From Candidatus Woesearchaeota archaeon (GTDB lineage Archaea > Nanobdellota > Nanobdellia > Woesearchaeales > WJIZ01), in the NCBI GenBank assembly GCA_018303575.1, contig JAGVXW010000016.1, forward strand, positions 1-38,407: a DNA stretch of 38,407 nucleotides. Reading direction: 5' to 3'. Below the pieces are notes generated by a model that worked only from the letters and a program-made list of their open reading frames with translations, was not told the origin of the DNA and searched no databases. Position 1 is the stretch's first letter. The number at the start of each line of letters is the position of its first letter. The translations under genes and the position numbers were made by a program. Positions 25,281 through 33,918 of the stretch are shown piece by piece.

Positions 25281-26225
25281 TTAGAGATCTTTTTTAATCC
25301 GCTGGATCAAATGTTTTACTGATAGGCCATACTTGTCATAGAGCTCTTCCGGCTGGCCGGACTCGCCGAACGTGTCCTGGACGCCATGGCGCACAAGCTT
25401 GGCACCGGGATTCTCGGCCAAGAGCTCGGCCACAGCTCCGCCCAGGCCGCCGATAATCGAGTGATCCTCGGCTGTGATGACGCGCTTGGTCTTCTTCGCT
25501 GACTTGAGGATGAGTGCTGAATCCAACGGCTTGATTGTTGACATATTGATGACTTCGAGCGAGATGTTTTCCTTGGCCAAGAAGCCAGCGGCTTCTAAAG
25601 CGATCGAGACGAGAGGGCCGCAGGCGACTATGGTTGCATCTTTTCCTTCTCTCATTATTTTTCCCTTGCCAATCTCAAAAATATATTTGTCATCAAACAA
25701 AATAGGCGTCTTATCGCGGGTGAGGCGCATATATGCCGGCCCCTTATGTTTCGCCAGGGCAAGCGTGGCCTTCTCCGCTTCCACGGAATCAGCAGGGCAG
25801 AGGACTACCATGCCGGGAAGGGTGCGATAGATGGCCATATCCTCTATGGCCTGGGCCGAGGAGCCGTCTGTGCCGGTCATCAATCCCGCATGAGAGCCGA
25901 TGATCTTGACATTCATCTTCATGCGGCAGACACAGTTCCTAATCTGCTCGAAGGCGCGCTCGGTGAAGATGGCGAACGTTGAGGCGAACGCGACCTTGCC
26001 GCTAGAGGCGAGGCCGGCTGCCATCACCATCATGTTCTGCTCCGTGATGCCGCAGGAGACCCAGCGCTCCGGGAATGCTTCCTTCACAGTCCGTGATTTC
26101 GTTGACTTGCCGAGATCAGCTTCGAGAGCGACGACATTCGGGTCTTTTTCCGCGGCCTTCAGAAGGCCCCTTCCATACCCTTCGCGGGACGCTTCCATAG
26201 GGGCCTCCGAACGAAGTTCACTCAT
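25281..26225 (-). CDS. Transketolase, C-terminal (pyrimidine-binding) subunit
   Basis: MSELRSEAPMEASREGYGRGLLKAAEKDPNVVALEADLGKSTKS.... I chose the ATG at 26225 (GGAGG 9 nt upstream) over the GTG at 26261 given by the ORF track. Confidence 0.88.
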   Translation of the reverse strand: MSELRSEAPMEASREGYGRGLLKAAEKDPNVVALEADLGKSTKSRTVKEAFPERWVSCGITEQNMMVMAAGLASSGKVAFASTFAIFTERAFEQIRNCVCRMKMNVKIIGSHAGLMTGTDGSSAQAIEDMAIYRTLPGMVVLCPADSVEAEKATLALAKHKGPAYMRLTRDKTPILFDDKYIFEIGKGKIMREGKDATIVACGPLVSIALEAAGFLAKENISLEVINMSTIKPLDSALILKSAKKTKRVITAEDHSIIGGLGGAVAELLAENPGAKLVRHGVQDTFGESGQPEELYDKYGLSVKHLIQRIKKDL

Positions 26226-26392
26226 CTCCACTGCCTCCGGGCGCCGGCACTCAGCTTCCACGTCTTTCCTTCTGCGCCCTGAGGAATCTCCGTGAAGCTC
26301 GCCCTCGACGCGTCGTGGACATATTTTGGAACTCCCGGGGCAGCCGCCTTCACGATGGGGTGCGCCTTTGTCTCTGCCGGTTTCTTGTGCAT
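26222..26392 (-). CDS. Possible 56-aa ORF filling the spacer between the two transketolase subunit genes
   Basis: Hand-translated: MHKKPAETKAHPIVKAAAPGVPKYVHDASRASFTEIPQGAEGKTWKLSAGARRQWR. Its TGA overlaps the ATG at 26225 in an ATGA junction. No recognised family. Confidence 0.2.
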   Translation of the reverse strand: MHKKPAETKAHPIVKAAAPGVPKYVHDASRASFTEIPQGAEGKTWKLSAGARRQWR

Positions 26393-26397
26393 TTTTT

Positions 26398-27195
26398 TCA
26401 TCTCAGCTCCTCTAACGCTTTCTTCAATTCCTCGTCATTCGGGGCAGCGCCATGCCACTTCGGGTTGTTCTCCATGAACGAGACTCCTTTGCCCTTGACC
26501 GTTTTCGCAATGATGCACCACGGGCCTTTCTCCTTCTTCGCCTTCTCAAAAGCGGGGACGATCTCGTTGAAGTCGTGGCCATCTATTTCCATGATTTTAA
26601 AACCGAAAGATCTCCATCGCTCAGTCAAGGGCTCGATATTGCTCGTGACCGCGACATAATCATCGTTCTGGATGCCGTTCTTGTCAACGATGACGACGAT
26701 ATTGTCGAGCTTATGGAAGGTCGTGTTCTCGGCCGCTTCCCAGACCATGCCTTCCTGGCACTCGCCGTCGCCGACCATCACCCAGACTTTGTACGATTTC
26801 TTGTCCAGCTTTCCGGCGTAGGCGACGCCATTGCCGAAGGAGAGGCCCATTCCTAGGGAGCCGGCGGACATCTCCACACCCGGCACTTTAGTATCGGTAT
26901 GGCCCTGCAACAACCGATTGATCTTCCTGAAGCCGTCCAACTCCTTGCTTGGGAAATATCCTTTACGAGCGAGGACAGCATACATTCCAGGAGACGCGTG
27001 GCCTTTTGAAAGGATGAAGCGATCCCTGTCCGGATCCGAAGGCTTCTTGGGATTCACGTTGAGGATGCCGCCGAAGTAGAGCACCGAGAGCATGTCGATC
27101 TCTGACAAAGAACCGCCGGGGTGGCCTGCTCCTGCCTTGTTGAGCATGACGAGAATGTCCTTCCTCAATTCTTTTGCGAGAGAGGCGAAGTCCAT
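26398..27195 (-). CDS. Transketolase, N-terminal (thiamine-diphosphate-binding) subunit
   Basis: 265 aa, ...GHPGGSLSEIDMLSVLYF...ILSKGHASPGMYAVL...VMVGDGECQEGMVWEAA.... Confidence 0.92.
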   Translation of the reverse strand: MDFASLAKELRKDILVMLNKAGAGHPGGSLSEIDMLSVLYFGGILNVNPKKPSDPDRDRFILSKGHASPGMYAVLARKGYFPSKELDGFRKINRLLQGHTDTKVPGVEMSAGSLGMGLSFGNGVAYAGKLDKKSYKVWVMVGDGECQEGMVWEAAENTTFHKLDNIVVIVDKNGIQNDDYVAVTSNIEPLTERWRSFGFKIMEIDGHDFNEIVPAFEKAKKEKGPWCIIAKTVKGKGVSFMENNPKWHGAAPNDEELKKALEELR

Positions 27196-27217
27196 AGTTA
27201 ATGGAGGATATCAAGCA

Positions 27218-27225
27218 TTAATAAG
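27218..27225 (-). promoter_or_regulatory. TATA-like box (minus strand TTATTAAT) for the transketolase operon, leaderless spacing
   Basis: Centre ~26 nt upstream of the ATG at 27195. Confidence 0.4.
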
Positions 27226-27293
27226 GTTTGCTCCTTCCTAACAATAGGGGCTGGGAATAAGATGGATACGTATATTTCGCACAATTATTCAAC

Positions 27294-27308
27294 AAAAAAA
27301 GAAAAAAA
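27294..27308 (-). terminator. Oligo-T terminator (T7-C-T7 on the minus strand) directly after the trmB stop
   Basis: Plus strand AAAAAAAGAAAAAAA, 1 nt downstream of the stop codon at 27310-27312. Archaeal intrinsic termination uses oligo-T tracts. Confidence 0.6.
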
Positions 27309-27309
27309 T

Positions 27310-28131
27310 TTATTTCTTCGCCGGAGCGGAGATCGCCGGCTTCATCTCCTTCCACGCGAGATCGAAGAGCTGGCTCATCGCGGAGGCGAAAAAAGGAGTG
27401 TTGACCCAGATTCCGACATCATAGGTTGGATGGACATCCGTGTCGTTCATCACCATGAAGATGATCTCCTTGCCGTCCACAATGGTGAAGCGGGCGTTCA
27501 TCTTCGTGTCCCGGACTTCGGCGATGCCCGTCAGCTCTTTCGCCGCCTGCTGGGTCTCCTTTGAGAGCGGGGCGGCGATGCGGATCCTGACGCCGCGCTT
27601 CTTGAGCTTTTCAAAGGTGGGCTTCAATCCCTCGACCTTGCGGACCAGGCCCTGGGAGGTGGTCATGATGAGCACATCCTCCTCGGCGTCCCGGATGGTC
27701 AATTCAATATGGTTGTAGAGATTGTGCCTGCCGCGCAGGCTGCCGGAAAGGTCAGAGGGCTCGATGAGCTCCACTCCTTGCTTGTGCAGCGAGTTGAGCT
27801 CCTGGATGATGTCCGTGTTCTTGAGGTCCTCGAGGCGCTCCATCCGATCCTTGGCGTCCTTCTGGACGTTCTTCTTGACGCGCTCCAAAACTTCAGAAGG
27901 CTCCACGGCGATGTACTTGATGGGCTTGCCCAGCTTCATGACGACGAAGCCCTTCTTCTCGAGACTTTCCAGGACGTCATAGCTCCTGGATCTCGGCACG
28001 TTGGCGATGTCAGAAAGTTCCCCTGCTGTAGAGACGCCCCTGCTCAGCAACGCCGACCAGATCTTGACCTCATAGAGGTTCAGGCCGAAGTAGCGCCTCA
28101 GCTTGCTCAAAAACTCGTCTTTCACTATCAT
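27310..28131 (-). CDS. trmB: TrmB-family transcriptional regulator
   Basis: The internal ATG at 28131 (GAGGGGG ~7 nt upstream) gives MIVKDEFLSKLRRYFGLNLYEVKIWSALLSRGVSTAGELSDIANVPRSRSYDVLESLEKKGFV..., a TrmB wHTH plus C-terminal domain. Confidence 0.88.
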   Translation of the reverse strand: MIVKDEFLSKLRRYFGLNLYEVKIWSALLSRGVSTAGELSDIANVPRSRSYDVLESLEKKGFVVMKLGKPIKYIAVEPSEVLERVKKNVQKDAKDRMERLEDLKNTDIIQELNSLHKQGVELIEPSDLSGSLRGRHNLYNHIELTIRDAEEDVLIMTTSQGLVRKVEGLKPTFEKLKKRGVRIRIAAPLSKETQQAAKELTGIAEVRDTKMNARFTIVDGKEIIFMVMNDTDVHPTYDVGIWVNTPFFASAMSQLFDLAWKEMKPAISAPAKK

Positions 28132-28282
28132 GGTTCTACCCCCTCTTTTTCCCACACGATGGTGGTGGAGTGAATCAACAACTACTACTATTAATATGTT
28201 ACTATTTTTCACCCTTAGTTAGTAAGGTATAATCAGAGATAATGTCCCTCCTTGGTGTTGACCAACTTTCCTTCATTGATTT

Positions 28283-28299
28283 AAAAATAACGAAAAAAA
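28283..28299 (-). terminator. Oligo-T tracts (T7 and T5 on the minus strand) downstream of the pyrophosphatase gene
   Basis: Plus strand AAAAATAACGAAAAAAA, ~28 nt after the stop at 28327-28329. Confidence 0.45.
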
Positions 28300-28326
28300 T
28301 TCAGATGGATACGCGAAGATCGAAAT

Positions 28327-30182
28327 TTAAAACAATAAAAATAATGGCGCGAACACCAGGCTGACGATGGACATCAGCTTGATGAGGATGTTCATGCTCG
28401 GGCCGCTCGTGTCCTTCATCGGGTCGCCGACCGTGTCGCCGACGACCGAGGCCTTGTGCGGTTCAGAGCCCTTGCCGCCGAACCTGCCCTGCTCGATCCA
28501 CTTCTTCGCGTTGTCCCAGGAGCCGCCTGCATTGGCCATCATGATCGCCATGAGCACTCCTGTGACAAGGGAGCCCGCTAGCAGGCCGCCCAGCGCCTCT
28601 ATGCCGAGCCACAGGCCTGTGGCGACGGGCACAAGGATGGCGATGAGGCTGGGAACGATCATCTGATGCAAAGCGCCCTGCGTCGCGATGTCGACGCATT
28701 TTTTATAGTCGCCCTTGGCCTTGCCCTGCATCAGGCCCCGGATCTGCCTGAACTGTCTCCTCACTTCATCGATCATCTTATGCGCGGCCCTTCCCACTGC
28801 GCGCATCGTTAAGGCGGAGAAGAGGAAGGGCAGCGCGCCTCCGACGAGCAAGCCGATCGTCACTTTGGGGTCGAGGATGTCAATGGCCGCGATGCCCGCC
28901 GCCTGCGTGTAGGCGGAAAACAGCGCCAAAGCAGTTAAAGCGGCTGAACCAATAGCGAAGCCCTTGCCCATGGCCGCGGTTGTGTTGCCGACGCTGTCCA
29001 GGGTGTCGGTGCGCTTCCTGACCGCCTTCTCGAGCTGGGCCATCTCGGCGATGCCGCCCGCGTTGTCCGCGACAGGGCCATAGGCGTCCACGGCGAGGGA
29101 GATCCCCAATGTTGACAGCATGCCGACAGCGGCAATCGCGATGCCGTACAGGCCGGCAAAATAATACGAGACCCAGATGCCGGCGCAGATGACAAGAATG
29201 GGAAGGACTGTCGACATCATGCCGTTGGCGAGGCCTTCGATGATGGTAGTGGCTGCTCCGGTGAGGGACGCTTCTGAAACCCTTTGTGTCGGCTTGTACT
29301 CAAACGCCGTATAATATTGCGTCAGGTAGCCGATGAGCACGCCGGCGACGAGGCCGGCGACAGTCGCATAGAAGATCCCCATGCTGAAATAGGTGGTGGC
29401 GCCGAGGAAAAACGTCAAGGGCATGGCATATTTTATCACCAGCCACGTCAAGGGGATGAGGAGGATAGATGCGATAATCAATCCCCGGTTGAGCGCGGCG
29501 TGCACGCCCTTCTCTGAAGCGAGCCGGACGAACAAGGCGCCGATGATGCTGGAGACGATGCCGATAGCGGCGATGACAATGGGAAGGATGACAAAAGGAG
29601 CTTTCACTCCCACGATGCTCAGCGCAATCACCATTGTCGCGAGGATGGAGCCGACATAGCTCTCGAACAAATCCGCGCCCATGCCCGCGACATCGCCGAC
29701 ATTATCGCCTACATTATCGGCGATAACAGCCGGGTTGCGATGGTCATCTTCCGGAATGTTCTTCTCCACCTTGCCCACAAGGTCAGCGCCGACGTCCGCG
29801 GCTTTTGTGTAAATGCCGCCGCCGACCCTCGCGAACAAGGCGACGGAAGAGGCGCCGAAGCCGAAGGTGATGATGAGATTTGGATCATTGGTGATGAGAT
29901 AGAAGATGGTGACTCCGAGCAAACCGAGGCCGACAACGGAAAAGCCCATGACGGGATGAGTTTGAAGAAATACCCGAGGATTCCGGCGACAATGATGACG
30001 AAGATAGCGAGCATCCTGTATTCGCGGAACAGGAACGCCATGGCTCCCTGGTGGATCGCGTGGGAGATCTCCTGCATCTTGTCGGTGCCGGCGTCTTTCG
30101 CCAGGATGCCCCTGGCCTTGGCGAACACGTAGATGAGCGCCACTACGCTGATTATCAGCGTTGCTGTCAAGAATGGTTCCAT
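28327..30182 (-). pseudogene. hppA: K+-dependent-type H+(Na+)-translocating pyrophosphatase, interrupted by a frame change and apparently missing ~50 codons near the N-terminus
   Basis: The true N-terminus ([14 protein letters not shown]...[30 protein letters not shown]) is in the frame of the 157-aa ORF. From [13 protein letters not shown] onward the protein continues in the frame of the 621-aa ORF (...[56 protein letters not shown]...[18 protein letters not shown]...). The switch is at ~29947-29957. Confidence 0.8.
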
Positions 30183-30194
30183 TGTTTAACACCC

Positions 30195-30701
30195 CTACTT
30201 TGGAGGGGCAAATATCTGCAGGGTATAAAAAGCTGATGGTTGCTTAAAGTTGGACGAGGATGCGGCGATAGTAGCCGGGCTCAAGCTGCCAGGCCGGATC
30301 GCCGTCCGGAAGAGGATCGCGGAGCGGAGGCGCAGGGGCCTGGCGACTAGGTCAACGATGGAGCGTACACTTCCACCATGCTCCACCCTCATGTCCGGAG
30401 GCAAAGACTCGAAATATGCGACCATTGCGTTGAACCAGGGCGGGGGCCCGTACCTCTGTTCCACATAGCGCGGGACTGTTGGAAGAAATTGCTGGAGGAA
30501 CTCCCGAAGGCGCTCGCGATCATACCCGACTCCCATCTGCGATCGCATTGCGTCGTGGAGTTCTGCCTGAAGCCTGACCGTCTGCACGAAGCCGGAAGCA
30601 TCCCCAAACGGAAAATGATTTTCGACAACAATGTCAAGGCCGGCCAAATCCCTGCGCTCTCTCAGCGTATTCGCGACATACGACAGCTTCGCGGGGCGCA
30701 T
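30195..30701 (-). CDS. Hypothetical protein (168 aa), orphan
   Basis: ORF 35 nt downstream of acs. The first two-thirds have a plausible composition. The last ~45 aa are low-complexity and cover the hppA promoter. No recognised family. Confidence 0.35.
   Translation of the reverse strand: MRPAKLSYVANTLRERRDLAGLDIVVENHFPFGDASGFVQTVRLQAELHDAMRSQMGVGYDRERLREFLQQFLPTVPRYVEQRYGPPPWFNAMVAYFESLPPDMRVEHGGSVRSIVDLVARPLRLRSAILFRTAIRPGSLSPATIAASSSNFKQPSAFYTLQIFAPPK
30224..30231 (-). promoter_or_regulatory. TATA box (minus strand TTTTTATA) for hppA, with a GGGGTG SD ~8 nt before the ATG
   Basis: Centre ~45 nt upstream of the ATG at 30182. It lies inside the 3' end of the 168-aa ORF. Confidence 0.4.
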
Positions 30702-30735
30702 GCTTTGAGAAATCCTTCTGAGTTTAAGAAATTTT

Positions 30736-32691
30736 TTACTCTATGCGATGCTTCAGCAATTCATCTACGACAGTTGGGTCCGCGAGCGTGGTTGTGTTGC
30801 CGACATCCGCGGCGCCCTCGGCGATCGCCTTGAGGATGCGGCGCATGATCTTTCCCGAGCGCGTCTTCGGGAGGCCGTCGGCGAACTGGATGTAATCGGG
30901 CTTGGCGATCGGGCCCATGGTGGTGGAGACATGCTGGATGAGCTCCTGCTTGAGCTGGTCTGTGCCTTGGATGCCGTGCTTGAGGGTGACGAACGCGTAG
31001 AGGCACTGGCCCTTGATCTGGTGGGGCCTGCCGACGACTCCCGCTTCCGCGACGCTCGGGTGGCTGACAAGGGCGCTCTCCACCTCTGCGGTGCCGATGC
31101 GGTGGCCACTCACTTTGATGACGTCATCGATGCGGCCCATGAGCCAGATGTCGCCGTCCTTGTCTATCCTGGCTGCGTCTTCTGTGAAATACTCTCCCTT
31201 GTATTTCTCCCAATAGGTTTCGATATATCTCTCGTGATTGCCCCAGACCGTGCGCATCAAGCCAGGCCAAGGATGAGTGATAGCGAGATAGCCGCCCTCG
31301 TCGCGCTTGGCGAGATTGCCTTCCTCGTTATAGACGACGGGCCTGATGCCGAAAAAGGGCCTGGAGACGGAGCCGGGCTTGAGCGTCATGGCTCCGGGCA
31401 AGGGCGAGATCAGGATGCCGCCCGTTTCCGTCTGCCACCACGTGTCGACGATGGGGCACTTGCTGTTGCCAATCGTGCTGTAATACCACATCCACGCTTC
31501 AGGATTGATGGGCTCTCCCACAGTGCCGAGGAGGCGGAGGCTCGAGAGATTGTGCTTTTTTACAGGAGCGTCGCCGAAGCGCATGAGCGCGCGGATGGCT
31601 GTGGGGGCTGTGTAGAAAACCGTGACCTTGAATTTCTCGATGACGTGCCAGAAGCGGTCATTGTCCGGATATGTGGGCACGCCTTCGAACATCAAGACCG
31701 TGGCTCCGTTGGACAGGGGGCCATATACAATATAGCTGTGGCCCGTGATCCAGCCGACATCAGCAGTGCACCAGAAGATGTCGGAATCCTTGTAATCAAA
31801 GATATCCCGGAAGGTGAGATGGACATAGACGAGATAGCCGCCTGTTGTGTGGAGGGCGCCTTTCGGCTTTCCGGTTGTGCCTGAAGTGTAGAGGATGAAG
31901 AGCGGGTCTTCGGCGTCCATGTGTTCGGGCTCGCAAATATCGGAGATTCCGCACATTTCCTCGTGCCAGAAGGAGTCCCTGCCTTTTCTCATCGCCGCGC
32001 TGTTCTTCACGTGCTGGACGACGATGACATTCTTGATGCTCGGGCAGTCTTTGATGGCTATATCCGCCATCTCTTTCAGATTGATGTCCTTTCCCGAGCG
32101 CCGGCTGCCGTCAGCGGTGACAAGAATCTCGGCTTGCGAATCCTGGATGCGGTCTTTCAATGCCGCGCTCGAGAAGCCGGCGAAGACGACGCTGTGGATC
32201 GCTCCTATCCTGGTGCAGGCGAGCATGGCGATGGCCGCCTCGGGGATCATGGGAAGATAAACGCAGACACGATCGCCTTTCCTGAACCCTTTTTTCTTCA
32301 GGACATTGGCGAACTTGCACACCTCTTGGTGGAGCTGGCGGTAGGTGAGCATTCTCACTTCCTGTTCCGGCTCTCCCTGCCAGATGATTGCCACTTTTTC
32401 AGGATGTGCTTCGAGATGGCGGTCGAGGCAGTTGTCCGAGACGTTCAGCTTTCCAGCCTTGAACCAGGTGAACCTGCAGGCTTCCCTGTCCCAGTCAAAA
32501 ACCGAGTCCCAGCCCTTGAACCAGCGCAAGAGTTCCGCTTGCTTGGCCCAGAATTGCTCGGGATGGCGGATGGACTCCTCGTAAAGAGAATTGTATTCCG
32601 CTATGCTCTTGATGCGCGCCTTCGCCTTAAATGCTTGTGGAGGAGGGAAGCGCCTTTCCTCCTCGTGAATGTGCAGAATTGCCGGATCCAT
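30736..32691 (-). CDS. acs: Acetyl-CoA synthetase (AMP-forming)
   Basis: 651 aa, ...FWAKQAELLRWFK...WFKAGKLNVSDNCLDRHL...YTSGTTGKPKG...WWQTETGG...GRIDDVIKVSGHRIGTAEVESAL...LPKTRSGKIMRRIL. Confidence 0.95.
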   Translation of the reverse strand: MDPAILHIHEEERRFPPPQAFKAKARIKSIAEYNSLYEESIRHPEQFWAKQAELLRWFKGWDSVFDWDREACRFTWFKAGKLNVSDNCLDRHLEAHPEKVAIIWQGEPEQEVRMLTYRQLHQEVCKFANVLKKKGFRKGDRVCVYLPMIPEAAIAMLACTRIGAIHSVVFAGFSSAALKDRIQDSQAEILVTADGSRRSGKDINLKEMADIAIKDCPSIKNVIVVQHVKNSAAMRKGRDSFWHEEMCGISDICEPEHMDAEDPLFILYTSGTTGKPKGALHTTGGYLVYVHLTFRDIFDYKDSDIFWCTADVGWITGHSYIVYGPLSNGATVLMFEGVPTYPDNDRFWHVIEKFKVTVFYTAPTAIRALMRFGDAPVKKHNLSSLRLLGTVGEPINPEAWMWYYSTIGNSKCPIVDTWWQTETGGILISPLPGAMTLKPGSVSRPFFGIRPVVYNEEGNLAKRDEGGYLAITHPWPGLMRTVWGNHERYIETYWEKYKGEYFTEDAARIDKDGDIWLMGRIDDVIKVSGHRIGTAEVESALVSHPSVAEAGVVGRPHQIKGQCLYAFVTLKHGIQGTDQLKQELIQHVSTTMGPIAKPDYIQFADGLPKTRSGKIMRRILKAIAEGAADVGNTTTLADPTVVDELLKHRIE

Positions 32692-32753
32692 GCTGCCTCT
32701 TTTTCCCCGTGGCTTATGGGTGAGGAGATTATAAGGATTGCGATTTCATAAAA

Positions 32754-33797
32754 CTAGAATATCTTGTATCTCAACATCGCCGCTATCCCTCCCAAGCCAT
32801 CCAAGCGCTTCCCGGCGTCATTCTTGGAGGAGATGACGTGGATTGCGGCTTTCTGGCTGTCCGCGGTTTTCAATAGCGACTCAATGGGCTGGAAAGCTGC
32901 ATCCTGGCGCTTCATTTGGATGAAGCCGTCGGTAATCAAGAGCTGTTCCGCGGCCCCGGATTGGACGGATCTCGCGACCTCCTTTTCTCCATACGCGGCC
33001 TTGCCTGAGACCGCGATTTCCTTTAGCAAAGCTTCGACGAGCTTGAGCTCTTTCGCTGTCCTGTCTGCCGAGAGTGCTGTCTTGACTTCCTCTCTCTTGA
33101 GCACCTCATCGATCGCCTCCTTTCCGACAGAAGAGCAGGTTGCCAGCACGATGGATTTTTTTCTTGCCTGCGGAACCACTTTCATCAGCTCTTCTTTCCA
33201 GAACGCGGGGGAGGCGATGACGAGGACAGAAGGCTTGATTCGGTCGGCGACCTCAAAGAGCTTGGCCGCGATCTCCTCATAGAAGTTTGATGTTTGGCCA
33301 GAATCCATTCCCTTCTTCGCTACCTTCCCTTCAAGATGGGCGATAACCTCATAGCCGTATTTCTTCGTCGCCGCGAGATAGGCCTCTTCGCGATCGTGGA
33401 CAAGGATGAGGATGGGAGCGTGCTGCTGGGCACAGGCCTCTTCTAACTTCTCCTTCTGGTAGGAGAGCCAATGCTCCTTTTCAAGCGTGAAATCGACGTG
33501 CGGCTCCAGAATGAAGCTATGATGCTCGCCGTGGGACAAATCTTCCGGGCCTTCCACGACCCTGCCCAGGACGCGGAGCGTGTCCCCCCATTCCAGCTTC
33601 TCCACCTGGATCTTGATGAAAACCGGGATTTTAGCCGCCTTCTGGGTGCGGTCTTCCTGCGTGCCTACTTTCATCTTGCGGAGCGTCTTGCCGGACACGA
33701 AATCTCCCGAGTCTATGATCTGGCTCAGGTACCAAAGATCATCCTGGGTCTCCACCATCAGATGGAACTTCCCGCGCTCTGAGGACAGCTTTTTCAT
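32754..33797 (-). CDS. pelA: Pelota/Dom34 mRNA-surveillance (no-go decay) factor
   Basis: 347 aa, ...GKFHLMVETQDDLWYLSQIIDSGDFVSGKTLRK... Sm-like N-domain plus eRF1-like central and C-terminal domains. Confidence 0.9.
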   Translation of the reverse strand: MKKLSSERGKFHLMVETQDDLWYLSQIIDSGDFVSGKTLRKMKVGTQEDRTQKAAKIPVFIKIQVEKLEWGDTLRVLGRVVEGPEDLSHGEHHSFILEPHVDFTLEKEHWLSYQKEKLEEACAQQHAPILILVHDREEAYLAATKKYGYEVIAHLEGKVAKKGMDSGQTSNFYEEIAAKLFEVADRIKPSVLVIASPAFWKEELMKVVPQARKKSIVLATCSSVGKEAIDEVLKREEVKTALSADRTAKELKLVEALLKEIAVSGKAAYGEKEVARSVQSGAAEQLLITDGFIQMKRQDAAFQPIESLLKTADSQKAAIHVISSKNDAGKRLDGLGGIAAMLRYKIF

Positions 33798-33820
33798 ATG
33801 GGTTTGAGCTTGAACTTGTT

Positions 33821-33829
33821 ATTTAAAAG
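33821..33829 (-). promoter_or_regulatory. TATA box (plus strand ATTTAAAAG) for pelota, leaderless spacing
   Basis: Centre ~28 nt upstream of the ATG at 33797. Confidence 0.45.
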
Positions 33830-33870
33830 TATCTTCGATGCAATTTCTGGATTAACTGCTTAGGCATAAC

Positions 33871-33879
33871 ATTTAAATA
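33871..33879 (+). promoter_or_regulatory. TATA box (ATTTAAATA) for the envelope operon
   Basis: Centre ~44 nt upstream of the ATG at 33919. Confidence 0.45.
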
Positions 33880-33918
33880 GTCTCCCGCTCAGGTTGACGA
33901 CAAGACTTCGGTGATGCC

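Noticed and set aside
28183-28207. Direct repeat TACTATT-N7-TACTATT upstream of trmB as a possible TrmB operator
   Set aside because: It is short, AT-rich and coincides with the likely TATA region. It does not resemble the palindromic TGM-type site I recall for TrmB-family regulators.
30378-30833. 151-aa plus-strand ORF spanning the acs 3' end and the orphan ORF
   Set aside because: It overlaps the acs stop region and has Arg/Cys/His-rich shadow composition. There are no promoter or SD signals.
30748-31884. 378-aa plus-strand ORF (and 31921-32751, 276 aa) opposite acetyl-CoA synthetase
   Set aside because: acs on the minus strand has unambiguous family motifs over its full length. The plus-strand ORFs are shadow ORFs.
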